The notes beneath the pieces are model-generated. The model saw only the letters and a program-made list of their open reading frames with translations. It did no database searches and was not told the origin of the DNA. A stretch of DNA of 64,000 nt from Ranitomeya imitator. Lineage: Eukaryota. Each line of letters opens with the position of its first letter. Within the stretch, counting starts at the first letter, position 1. Location of the stretch: contig NC_091284.1 of NCBI RefSeq assembly GCF_032444005.1, positions 37,386,001 to 37,450,000 of the forward strand. The letters run 5' to 3'. A program made the translations under genes and the position numbers. Positions 23,015 to 34,365 of the stretch are shown piece by piece.

Positions 23015-25643
23015 TTACCAGGTGACGGCTTTCTTTTCTATTACCATCTCCCCATTAGGCGAATCCACTGAAGTAGGGAGAAGAGCCAAGAAAACTGGGG
23101 TAATGGCACCTTCATCCGGGGACTTGGTGGCATTAGGACCTGCCATATCAGTCCTCACCCACCCCGGGCAGCAGGCATTGAGAAGAATGCCCTCCCCTTT
23201 CCTAGTCTCCTTTATTTGCCGTGCGTGAATTCTGGACAACACTGTCACCCCGACTTTGGACACCCCATAAGAAGTGTTTGGCCAGCCATTTTTTTCATGG
23301 ACTCCATTTTTGGCATCTTCCACAAACTTCTCCATCAGTTTCGTCAACTCGTCCTCCGTGATGGTGTCACTGCGGAATTTCTCCTGAAGTTCGGGGCTGC
23401 ACTTCGCGAGAGCGGAGACGCTGACCATACTGGATACATTGACGACTCTTCCTGTACGAGAAAAATACATGACGTCCACTCCAAAGAAGTAAAGCTAAGT
23501 CGGACCCCTTACGAAATAAAAAGATAGACAGACAATCTCCTTCAAGGAGGTCACTAGTAACGTGCCAACCACCGAGAAGGGAGAGGAGAATCTCTACAGT
23601 GGCAGCGAGTTATTCTACTGAAACAAAGTCATCGGTGGAGTTTTACGATTAAAGTAGATTAGTTTAATCAATTTCCATTTGAAAACTTTTTTTTATGTGA
23701 TTGAACCCCTTAAATAAACCCCCCCCACCATCGATGTGTACTTACCGTTTGGTTTAATAATTGGAAGAAGCTCTCTAGAAACATCTTGTGTGCCAAAGAA
23801 GTTGGTCTTCAGAGTGACTTCTGCTTGGGTAGCAAATGGGGCCGTGTCAGCAACTGGAAAAAGAGGTCACGTTACTGACGTAATAGGAATGAACGGAGAA
23901 TAAGTGAGCATGTGTGACGAATCTTCTACCAAGGAAATGGGGGGCAAGGCTGAGCCCCTGGCCTAGGGATCAGAGGGTGTCCGAACAACCAAGATATTCA
24001 TGGCACATGAAGTCGAACTTGTTAACCCATAAAAGAGGACAATCAATAAACGTCAGCTTACTTAGTAGGTGATAACTTCCTGCTACCGAGGAACCGGCCA
24101 CAAAAATGCTCATTTTCAGTGGGAAGACGGCCTCATGTGCGCTAAGTACAACGCTCAGCTATATCTAACAGATATATAGATTGCCTTGTGCAGGCGTGTA
24201 CTATGGAGGACAGAGAATGAACTTCAATCCAATATTGCAGCCAGCATGCAGCCAGCGGGTAAGGAAAGGGTGAATCAAACACCCGAAAACCCCGCCCCTA
24301 TGGCTGAAAATTGTTCCCTCCAAATTCAGGTGACAGAGTCCCTTTAACCCTTTCAATAACTCCCCCCTCTTCAGTGCCCACTTTTGTGCCAGTTTTAATC
24401 TTTTTTTTTGTAGCCATTTATATGTGTATTCACATCAGGGTGCCTCGCTGTATTGTATTTTATTATTGTGTTTTTTTTTTTTTGTTTTTTTTTTTACTTT
24501 TGTTGTTAAACCTGTAAAAAAATAAAATAAATCAAAAATTGCTGAATAAGAAACTAAGTTCAGCAGTGTCTTTTTTGAGTGTCCGTAAACCAAAAAGGAA
24601 GCCGGATGCATTATTTCTTACTCCAGCCAGTCATTGTGACTTATTATTTTTACGGCTCAGGGTAAATATCCCGATGTTAGAAACTAACAAAAGTAGATTA
24701 AAAGGGTGAAAAATGCACCAAAATCATCATGGACGTCCATGGAGAAGAAGAAGCATCACTGCATAATTCGGCATAACATGCCCTTCAGGAGACTGGGAAA
24801 GCGGAGTGACATTCGGAATCACTCACATTTAGTGAGACCCTTATATACAGTGTGCAAAATTCAGAGAAAAAAAAAAAAATACAATAAACAGAAACCCTTC
24901 ATAATAAAAAAAAAAAAAGTAGGAAAATAAAACTAGACATACAGGTCATACAGGTCAAAGGGAAAAGCAAACTCAGCATGACTGTGCATTTATGGCGCTG
25001 CAGAAGCGAGCGGAGACTGGTACAAGCTGCTTTACCCTGCAGAGTACTACAACCCCCAGCATGAAGATGATAAAAGCACTACAATATGTGATTATTATAA
25101 AGGGGGCTCCCTGCTGCGGACAATCCCTTGACTGCAATAAACTATATGCGGATTATTCTGCAGCGGAGACCCCCATAGATCACCTGTGATCCCCAGCGAT
25201 CAATGAAGGAACCCAGTAGCCAAGTGTTCATTCCCCTACAGCGCCACCACAGGAAAGATGAAGTATTACACCATTCTCATTTAAATCAATGTGAAATATA
25301 TGGACATGGTGGGTCCCAAAATTGCCCTCTAAGGACCTGCCGCCCCAGTAGACGTACCTTTAAATGCGATTCCGGCATTATTGACCAGCACATCCAATCC
25401 GCCATACTTTTCCTTTAAGAAATCCCGCAGGGTCCGGATACTGGACAGGTCATTAATGTCCAGCTGATGGAAGTGCGGGGACAAGCCCTCTGTAGTTAGG
25501 TCCTTGACGGCTTCTTCTCCAAGTTTGGGGTCCCTGGCTGTCAGATACACGTCTCCCTGGAATTGTTTGCACAGGGCCCTGACCACAGCCAGTCCCACAC
25601 CTTTATTACCGCCTGTGACTACTGCGACTCGCACTCCGGCCAT
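23015..25643 (-). CDS. CBR1: Carbonyl reductase [NADPH] 1-like, copy A; exons 25643-25358, 23853-23746, 23451-23015; 276 aa
   Basis: Exons of 286+108+437 = 831 nt with GT-AG introns. TGGNKGVG, LTARD, NNAG, VSS and YGVSK SDR motifs. ACCPGWVRTDMAG matches CBR1, not CBR3 (PGPVKTDMDG). Adjacent to SETD4 as in human chr21. Confidence 0.95.
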
Positions 25644-25805
25644 GCTGACAGCTCTATGTGCAGAAGAAGAGGGAAGGAAGCAAATATGAGGTGCAGACAC
25701 AGACAGAACCTCTTGTTACTGGAGGAACTGGTGCAAAAAAAGCAGCTGAGCTCCTCCCTGCAAGGACTGAGAGCTGCCCCCTGCTCATAGACCTGTGTGA
25801 CCCTG

Positions 25806-25819
25806 CTGCCATCTAGTGG
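25806..25819 (-). promoter_or_regulatory. Candidate CTCF site upstream of CBR1 copy A (copy B at 43035-43048)
   Basis: CTGCCATCTAGTGG (reverse CCACTAGATGGCAG) matches the CTCF core consensus; ~165 bp upstream of the ATG. Confidence 0.5.
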
Positions 25820-26831
25820 GCAGAAAGGAGCACTACACCGCTGCATTACATAACACTTATTACAGCGCCACGGTCACACCTTCAGTCTTTTACAACAGAG
25901 GAAAAGTATCATAGAAACACATCAACATTTCTGCATTCCTGATTTTGGCTTACAAATACTGATGTAAAATGCTGACCAAATACTGAACGTGTCCTAAGAT
26001 CTGTTTTTTTTTCTCGGAAGTGAAAAAAAAAAACTAAACAACCCGTCCAATTTCCATCAAGGTTTTGGATCAGATTTCCATCGCTGCTTGTTGTCCGTAT
26101 GTGAGTTTTTACCATCAGTATTTTAGCACTTTTTCTTCTAGGCTAAAAAAATAAATAAAAATGGACGGATGTTTTTCAATCTTCTTGCAAAGGGTTATTG
26201 AAAAATGGACGGCACTTGGATGCAACTAGGAGACCATCAATGAGCTGAGGGAGGTTTTCATGGACCTGTAAGCGTGAATGGATGAGTTTAGTTCATAAAT
26301 CGGGTCAAAAGTCGACACGTCTCCGTTTTGCAAAAACAAAAGAACAGATAGGAGACCGTGACATTGACCGTGATCAGTGCGTGCTGGAAAAAAATGGATA
26401 GTTCAAGTATGAGAAGGATGGATGTCTACCATTCATCGGGATTTTCTCGACATTCTAGGTAAAATTGCAAAGTGCTTGTAAGAACAAATAACTTTGCAAT
26501 GTACTTGGTTGTTTAGGTTACTGACCACCTCTGAAGCTAATCAGCGGTGGCCAGTCTCCAAGGCAAGGAGCACAGCGCTAACAAGCTGTTTCCAATATAG
26601 AGCTTGTAAGTGCTGCTCTGATGCCGACTGTATCCGTACAGCCTCGGTGTCCCTGAACTGTCTTAGTCTTGGAGTGAGAAAGTGTCTAAAATGCACCGTG
26701 CGCACATGCCCTAAAGAGATTTTTAGGTTTCGGAAAACCAATGCATTTTTTTTTAAAGAAAAAAAAAGGGTATTTACTCACCCTCCCCAGGTCCGGGGCT
26801 GAGTCTCCACTGATGGTCCTGGTATCAGTAA

Positions 26832-27161
26832 GGGTATGTGCACACGATGCGGAAAACGCTGCGGAGCAATTTCCCATGAGTTTACAGTTCAATGTAAAGC
26901 TATGGGAAACCAAAAACGCTGTGCACATGCTGCGGAAAAAAACGCAGTGGTTTACATTCCGCAGAAAGGTCACTTCTTTCTGCGGATTCCGCAGCGGTTT
27001 TACAGCTGCTCCTATGGAAAACCGCAGTTGTAAAACCGCAGTGAAATCCGCAGAAAAACCGCGGTAAATCCGCCGCAAAAATGCAGCGTTTTTGCCCTGC
27101 AGAGTTATCAAATCAGCTGCGGAAAAATCCGCAGTGGCCAAGAATACGTGTGCACATAGCC
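26832..27161. mobile_element. PIF/Harbinger-type MITE (TIR GGGTATGTGCACACG), TSD TAA; present in both duplicates (copy B 44052-44392)
   Basis: TAA flanks on both sides; internal GCGG/CCGC inverted repeats. Confidence 0.85.
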
Positions 27162-28279
27162 TAATTGTCTGCAGCACTGACGTCATCTAGGCCATTGTCA
27201 GACACAGAGAGAAAAGAGGCCCTGTGCAAGAACAATGTATGGGCCAGGTCCAAGGGCTCGCCATAATGCAACATTCCACGTTTGGGATGTGGCCCCCTTA
27301 CCTTTTGGGCCCCTGTTACACCAATGTTATGCCTGTCCGTGCTGCAGACAATCAGTGAGCGGTTTGTGTAGTCAACATGGGCAGAGCGGCTGAGCTTAGT
27401 GATTGTCTGAAGTGCTGTCGTCAATGACAGGCACCAGGAGCAGTGGCAAAGACTCAGCGCCGGACCTGGGGAGAATGAATAAGGCAAACACACATTGTTT
27501 TTTTTTTTTTTTTAATAAACTGCAGCTGTGCATTTGTAAAAGTAGAAAACCCCTTTAATAGACCTTTTTTCCCCCATAGATTCCATGGGAAGCTTCAAAA
27601 GCTCATGCAAAATAGTAAATTGTGTTTTTACGTGCAGAAACACGGGATTTCTCTCCAAATAAAAGATGCATTAGAAAAAGTCGTCAAATCTGAGAAAAAA
27701 AAGTGAAAAAGCATAAAATAAATCAGTGCGGATTGTGCATTCTGGTGTTTATATGTGGGAAAAACGCAGCGTTTCCGCTACGTGTGAACACGGACTACGT
27801 GGCTTTCCAACATGGGGGTCGTTCTGGTTCCTTTTTTCTGCAGTCGCTGTGGCTGAGGACTGGGGCCCGAGTCTCTGACATAAATGCTGGATAAAATTGC
27901 GCTGTTTTACGAGGTAAAATGGCGCCACCACATTTTTCTGTTTCTATAACTGGACAGACAAAACCTAAGATCAGATTTGAATGATGCCGCCGTCACTAAA
28001 TGCGTTTCCAAAAATGTCACCTTGCAGTTATTCCTCACCTACACTCATTTTTGGTAAATTACCTCATATAGCGCTACATAACACCCCACCATTTTTGAGG
28101 ATGTTTTTGCACTAGGTACCACTTCTAAGTCACAGTCCACATTATAAAAGCATTCCCACATTTCATTAATGGTATATTTGACTAGCATACAGCATACAGA
28201 GCAGCTAACAATGCCGTCTGACAACAAAATGTGTCATATTTTCTACATACGCCACTTCATGCCGTTGTGAGAACTAGAC

Positions 28280-28478
28280 GCCGGCAAGATGGCGCCCGTA
28301 AACAGCGGACATACTGAAAAGAACAGGGGCACACAAGCTTTCACACTTGTAACTCTTTGTCGGTGACGTCATACAGCGTTATCCAATGAGACATCGCGGC
28401 GGAAGAGGCAGACCCGGAAGTGAAGGGTGTGTCTCCCCCACGTGGAGTCCTTACCTTCAGATTGCAGCGGATGTAAGC
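28280..28478 (+). promoter_or_regulatory. Duplicated SETD4-type housekeeping promoter and putative non-coding exon 1 (copy A)
   Basis: YY1-like CAAGATGGCG 28285-28294, CRE TGACGTCA 28364-28371, CCAAT 28383, ETS CCGGAAGT 28414-28421, E-box CACGTG ~28439, donor-like GAT|GTAAGC at 28473; locally CpG-rich. Confidence 0.6.
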
Positions 28479-29679
28479 TTTGTTTCTTGCATTAATGTCC
28501 TGCCATGTTCTTGTGTTGTGTAAATAAGATAGTGACCACAGCTGAGGATTTGTTACTTTGTTACAGTCTGTAGATTCCAGGCTGATTGCCTGGAATACAA
28601 AATAATGCGTTTGCTGCAGAAAACTGAATACATTGAGACAGAGTGCAGCTGTGTAAGCAGGACTGGGGTCACAGGTGTGATTACAGGGGGTGCATGAGAT
28701 AGAGGGGGCTTGGAGCACTGGTGGGTGGTGCTGTCCATGTGCCAAACGGAGCGCACGTACCAGCGCAAGTGAATGACTGGCCCGTTCATGTCATGCCAAT
28801 CCTAAGGGCTAATTCACATTTGTCACATCCGTATTTACCTGCGGACACGACTGGACCTGTGTCTGTAACATGGGCGACCGTGTGTGAATCTTTCCCAAAG
28901 CCGGGTTCTGACAGCCGTGTGAAAAATTGTCAATTTTTTTTATATCCAGAAAAAAATATTCAACTTTTGATCTGTATCGTGCCGTACATCCATTTTTCAC
29001 CTATTTTTGGTATTTTGTTTTTATACAGTCTCCATTCTTAAGAAAAAAAAGGTGGGCCGCTGTGTAAAATGCAATGACTTGGAAATCTTATCGCCATATT
29101 TTATTCACAGCAGAACGTAGATCGGAAGGTGAACGTTGGACATCTTTTCCATTTCGTTTGAAAAAAATAAATCCTTTAGAGATTGATGGCGGCGACACGT
29201 CTGAAACGTTGATACAGGGTTGACAGAAGGCTGAATATGTAAGTGGCAGTGGCGTAACTACAAAGTGAGGGGCCCCGATGCGAACTTTCAAATGGGGCCC
29301 CCCCGCGCCAAAATATTTCCCACCGAAATTCACATTTTCCCTATTCATTTCGCACACTATAGTCGTGTTGCAATGTTGTGTAGTCTGACCTAATACTGCC
29401 CTGTACTCGCTGAGAAAAATGATTTTATAACTAACATGTCCCTATAGTAATATGTCCTCCCTCGCTCTAATTCCAAGCGCACTCCCGGCGTTTGAACTCT
29501 GTGTGCTGTTTCTTCCTGGTATGACTGCAGTGCGTCATTTCCAGACCTGTGCAGTGTGGGGGTGTATTGGGTGTACTGGTTGGCTCTGGAGCATACGCAC
29601 TGCACATTCTGACACTGGCAAGTACACGCAATACTCCCCCACAGTGCACATGCTGGGCTCTGCCCACAGCCGTGTACAG

Positions 29680-31340
29680 TCCGTACACACACGGCTTCGC
29701 TCCGAGAACCCGTACACACACGGCTCCGCTCCGTACACCTTGTACACACACGGCTCCGCTCCGTACACCTTGTACACACGCGGCTCCGCTCCGTACACCT
29801 TGTACACACACGGCTCTGCTCCGTACACCTTGTACACACGCGGCTCCGCTCCGTACACCTTGTACACACACGGCTCTGCTCCGTACACCTTGTACACACG
29901 CGGCTCCGATCCCTACACCTTGTACACACGCGGCTCCGATCCCTACACCTTGTACACATGCGGCTGCGCTCTTTACACCTTGTACACACGCGGCTCTGCA
30001 CCGTACACCTTGTACACACGCGGCTCCACTCCTTACACCTTGTACACACGCGGCTCCGATCCCTACACCTTGAACACACGGCTTCGCTCCGAGAACTCCG
30101 TACACCTTGTACACACGCGGCTCCGCTCCCTACACCTTGTACACACGTGGCTCCACTCCCTACACCTTGTACACACGCGGCTCCGCTCCGTACACCTTGT
30201 ACACACGCGGCTCCGATCCCTACACCTTGTACACACGGCTTCGCTCCGAGAACTCCGTACAACTTGTACACACGCGGCTCCGCTCCCTACACCTTGTACA
30301 CACGTGGCTCCACTCCCTACACCTTGTACACACGCGGCTCCGCTCCGTACACCTTGTACACACGCGGCTCCGATCCCTACACCTTGAACACACGGCTTCG
30401 CTCCGAGAACTCCGTACACCTTGTACACACGCGGCTCCGCTCCCTACACCTTGTACACACGTGGCTCCGCTCCCTACACCTTGTACACATGCGGCTGCGC
30501 TCTTTACACCTTGTACACACGCGGCTCCGATCCCTACACCTTGAACACACGGCTTCGCTCCGAGAACTCCGTACACCTTGTACACACGCGGCTCCGCTCC
30601 CTACACCTTGTACACACGTGGCTCCGCTCCCTACACCTTGTACACACGTGGCTCCGCTCCCTACACCTTGTACACATGCGGCTGCGCTCTTTACACCTTG
30701 TACACACGCGGCTCCGATCCCTACACCTTGAACACACGGCTTCGCTCCGAGAACTCCGTACACCTTGTACACACGCGGCTCCGCTCCCTACACCTTGTAC
30801 ACACGTGGCTCCACTCCCTACACCTTGTACACACGTGGCTCCGCTCCCTACACCTTGTACACACGTGGCTCCACTCCCTACACCTTGTACACACGCGGCT
30901 CCGCTCCCTACACCTTGTACACATGCGGCTGCGCTCCCTACACCTTGTACACACGTGGCTCCACTCCCTACACCTTGTACACATGCGGCTGCGCTCTTTA
31001 CACCTTGTACACACGCGGCTCCGCTCCCTACACCTTGTACACACGTGGCTCCGCTCCCTACACCTTGTACACACGTGGCTCCACTCCCTACACCTTGTAC
31101 ACACGCGGCTCCGCTCCCTACACCTTGTACACATGCGGCTGCGCTCTTTACACCTTGTACACACGCGGCTCCACTCCATACACCTCTTACACACGCAGCA
31201 CCACTCCATACACCCCATACATACACGAATCCGCTCACCTCTTTCACCCACGGCTCAGATTTGTACACACCTGACTCCGCTCCGTACACCTTGCTCCACT
31301 ACATACATACACGGCTCCGCTCTGTACACCTTGTACACAC
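29680..31340. repeat. 30-bp minisatellite (GTACACACGCGGCTCCGCTCCGTACACCTT) with a 157-bp higher-order repeat
   Basis: Period of 30 at 29761/29791. A variant unit containing CGGCTTCGCTCCGAGAACTCC recurs every 157 bp, as reflected in ORF starts at 30063, 30220, 30377 and 30534. Confidence 0.92.
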
Positions 31341-31431
31341 ACGGCTCTGTTACATAAACATCCCCTCATTCAGCACCATGACAATCAAGCACAGCAGAGT
31401 CCTGCATAGTGCATACACTGAGGCCACTGAT

Positions 31432-31650
31432 AATAATATAATAATAATAATAATTTTTATTTATATAGCGCCAACATATTCCGCAGCGCTTTACAAATTA
31501 TAGAGGGGACTTGTACATACAATAGACATTACAGCATAACAGAAATACAGTTCAAAACAGATACCAAGTGGAGTGAGGGCCCTGCTCGTAAGCTTACAAA
31601 CTATGAGGAAAAGGGGAGACACGAGAGGTGGATGGTAACAATTGCTATAG
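31432..31650 (-). mobile_element. L2/CR1-group 3' end with (TTA)n tail nested in the hAT element
   Basis: Minus strand ...GTAAAGCGCTGCGGAATATGTTGGCGCTATATAAATAAAAATTATTATTATTA, a typical L2-type terminal stem-loop plus short tandem tail. Confidence 0.6.
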
Positions 31651-32316
31651 TTATCATGTGATCATGTTATCATGTGACCCCTGACTCCTCCCCTCCTGTG
31701 ACCTCATCACAGGTCCTGTGCGCATAGTACAGGTAGGTGTGTGTGTGTCAGGTGTAAGCAGCACATCACTCACCAGCTAATGCCTGCCATCTCTCCAGCT
31801 TCAGTCAGTGACACGCACAGCCCTTCTGCTAGGTCACATGTCCTTCACGGACACGCCCACTCGCCGCACACTGCTGAAAGTCTGGGGGAGCTGTGGGCGT
31901 GGCCAGCAGGATGCGTGCGTGACTTGTCTCCTTCCCCTGCTACTTGTTTGCTGGACTGGGCGGGCCCTGAAAACACTGTGGGCCCCGTCGCAGTCGCGAC
32001 CCCTGCGACCGCAGTTGTTACGCCCCTGGTAAGTGGTACTAATGAAAAAGAGCAGGAAGGTCCATCTTCACCTAAGTCACAGACTGTATAAAATGAGCTT
32101 GTTAGAGAGGCAGAGTCTCCCAGAAGCAAAGATGGTCAGAGGTAACTGATCTGTGCACGACTGCGTCTGGACATAGCCCCCCCAAAAATGGTGTATATGG
32201 GGACTTGGCAAAGGCCAAATCTATAAACAGGGCTGCGGACTTCTGCACATGGGACATAAGCTGATATTTGTCTTCTGCATTTTAATAAAGGCGCAAAGAA
32301 GTATGAAGACTGAAAA

Positions 32317-32380
32317 ATGAATCCTAAACGAGGGCGAACGGGCAGACGGAGGAAGAAAAAGGTTCTAGGAACATCCACAG
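32317..32380 (+). pseudogene. SETD4: Orphan duplicate of the SETD4 first coding exon (truncated by the duplication breakpoint at 32840)
   Basis: [21 protein letters not shown]+G|GTAAGC, identical to 46773-46836; no downstream SETD4 exons in copy A. Confidence 0.88.
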
Positions 32381-33766
32381 GTAAGCGATGCTTATGTAGA
32401 AAGACCCCATTCCTGGCCAATGGGGGAAGTACAGACTAATTCCCCCTACACCGACTGGTGACCTGTCCGTAATAAGTCACCTGTGTAGTCATACTGGTGT
32501 CTGAGTCCAGATCCTACAGGGGAACACAAAGCCCACGAGGCTCAGATCAAGTGTGAACCGAACTGAACAGGGAACTATCGAAAGCCCTTGTAGAGTACTT
32601 ACGCCCCATGTACCCCTTTATCAAGTAGCAAGGTCATCAGTGATGCCATATAATGTACTTCCTCCACAAGTGCCCCCTTATCAAGTACTTTGCCCTCAGT
32701 GCCCCCCCATATAAAGTAATAATGACCCTTGTGGCCCCTTATTAAATACTTCTGCCCCAAGTTCCCCCTTATCAAGTATTAGTGCTGCTAGAGCCCCTTA
32801 TGATGGGATAATGGCCAGGTGCCCCCTTATGATGGGATAACATTAGTGACCCCAGTGGCACCAAGTGAACTTCGGCTTTTGCGGCCAAAGTTGCTGTGTA
32901 GCTCTAGCCTTAATTAGTCTTCAGAAGAGGAGACAGAGGTGCTGGTGACTGAGCCAGAAGGCCATCTTTGTGTGGACTTGACACTGAGCAGCTTGCACTG
33001 TACTTTAATACATGCAAACAGAAGACAAAACAGTTAAAAGTTTATAATTAAAATCAATTGTTTTAATCACAAAATTATGTAAAATGCGCTTAATAAAACA
33101 TGCGAAGGTGTTTAGCTATAACTGTATAGGGAAAAGTGCAGTGTTTGGTTGCAATGTGTTTTTCAGCTCCAATTTCAAATAAAATATACTAATAAGTAGA
33201 TAAACACAAGAATTTGGAACTATTCAGAATTAAAAAAAAATGATGATAGGTACTAGGGGTGTTGGCTACTACTAAAAAATTTTAAAAAATACGCCCCTGG
33301 CAGAACTAAAATGAAAAAGACTTGAGTATACTAATAGATCACAGACTGCACATCAGTCAACAGTGTGATGCAGCAGCGAAAAAAAAAAAAGGGGCAAACA
33401 GTTCTAGGATGTATTAACAGACACATAAAGTCTAGATCAGGGATCTCAAACATGTGGCCCTTGAAGCTGCTTAATGCGACCCACAGGCCAAGGAGTCCCC
33501 TGTGATGATTGCGGCCCGGTCCTGGAGACTGCCGAAGTCAGAGTTTATTTTTCAACTGAATGTGCCTCAGCTCTCTGCGCCGCAATACCAATATTAGTCA
33601 CCGGCCAATTAGTGGCCTGTAGCTGACGTCAGGAAGTCGACACGGGCAACGTGTGACGTCACTGCTGTGCACCACCCAGGCTGCTGTGGAGGACCGGGTG
33701 CAGTTAGCTGAGGGAATAGAGGTCAGGGCAGGGGAGAAGGTTTTTTTTTTGTAATGTGTATGTTAA

Positions 33767-33960
33767 GGCCACGTTCGCACGTTCAGTATTTGGTCAGTAT
33801 TTTACAACAGTATTTGTAAGCCAAAACCAGGAGTGGGTGATAAATGCAGAAGTGGTGAATATGTTTCTATTATACTTTTCCTCTGACTGTTCCTCTCCTG
33901 GTTTTGGCTACAAATACTGATGTAAAATACTGACCAAATACTGAACGTGTGACGGCAGCC
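33767..33960. mobile_element. PIF/Harbinger-type MITE, TSD TAA; copy-B specific, abutting the autonomous Harbinger
   Basis: TAA 33764-33766 | GGCCACGTTCGCACGTTCAG...CTGAACGTGTGACGGCAGCC | TAA 33961-33963; the empty site in copy A is GTATGTTAAGTGTGAC (~20902). Confidence 0.85.
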
Positions 33961-34365
33961 TAAGGCCGGCGTCACACTTGCGAGATTTACGGACGTAAGA
34001 GCGCAGAAACTACGTCCGTAAAACTCGCCAAACATACGGCACAATGATTCTCAATGGGTCTCGTCCTATCAGGCGTATATTACGGATCCGTAATATACGT
34101 CGTTCTACGGCCGTACAAAATCGCAGCATGCAGCGTTTGTCAGCGTATTGCGCAAAAAATGCGCCAATGCAAGTCTATGGGAGAGCGTATAATACGGAAT
34201 GCATACGGACCATGCGTGTGTCTTGCGAGAAATACGCTACTCACTGGCAGATGTCCTGAACTGTCCAAAGCCCTCAATCAGGCCGGTGAGACATGCAAAT
34301 TAGCTGAAAAAGCCAGACAGTGAACCCGGAAGTCTGCTGCACGCCTCCACGGAGTGAGATTCAGC

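Larger units (their letters stand above)
29247..32028. mobile_element. 2.8-kb non-autonomous hAT element (TIR CAGKGGCGTAAC), 8-bp TSD; copy-A specific
   Basis: TSD GTAAGTGG at 29239-29246 and 32029-32036; empty site GAATATGTAAGTGGTACTAATG in copy B (~46485); no transposase ORF. Confidence 0.9.
19676..32840. repeat. Segmental tandem duplication, copy A (CBR1 + SETD4 promoter and first coding exon)
   Basis: Collinear with 32838-47296 apart from copy-specific TE insertions; starts TAACAGTAGTGACCCCAGTGGCACC and ends ...CCCCTTATGATGGGATAA. Confidence 0.92.

Noticed and set aside
25329-25700. N-terminal extension MSAPHICFLPSSSAHRAVS on CBR1
   Set aside because: In-frame upstream ATG exists, but homology to vertebrate CBR1 begins at MAGVRVAVVTG (25643), which has a good Kozak context (AGCATGG).
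29390-31503. Many 120-360 aa ORFs on both strands
   Set aside because: Translations of the 30-bp/157-bp repeat array.
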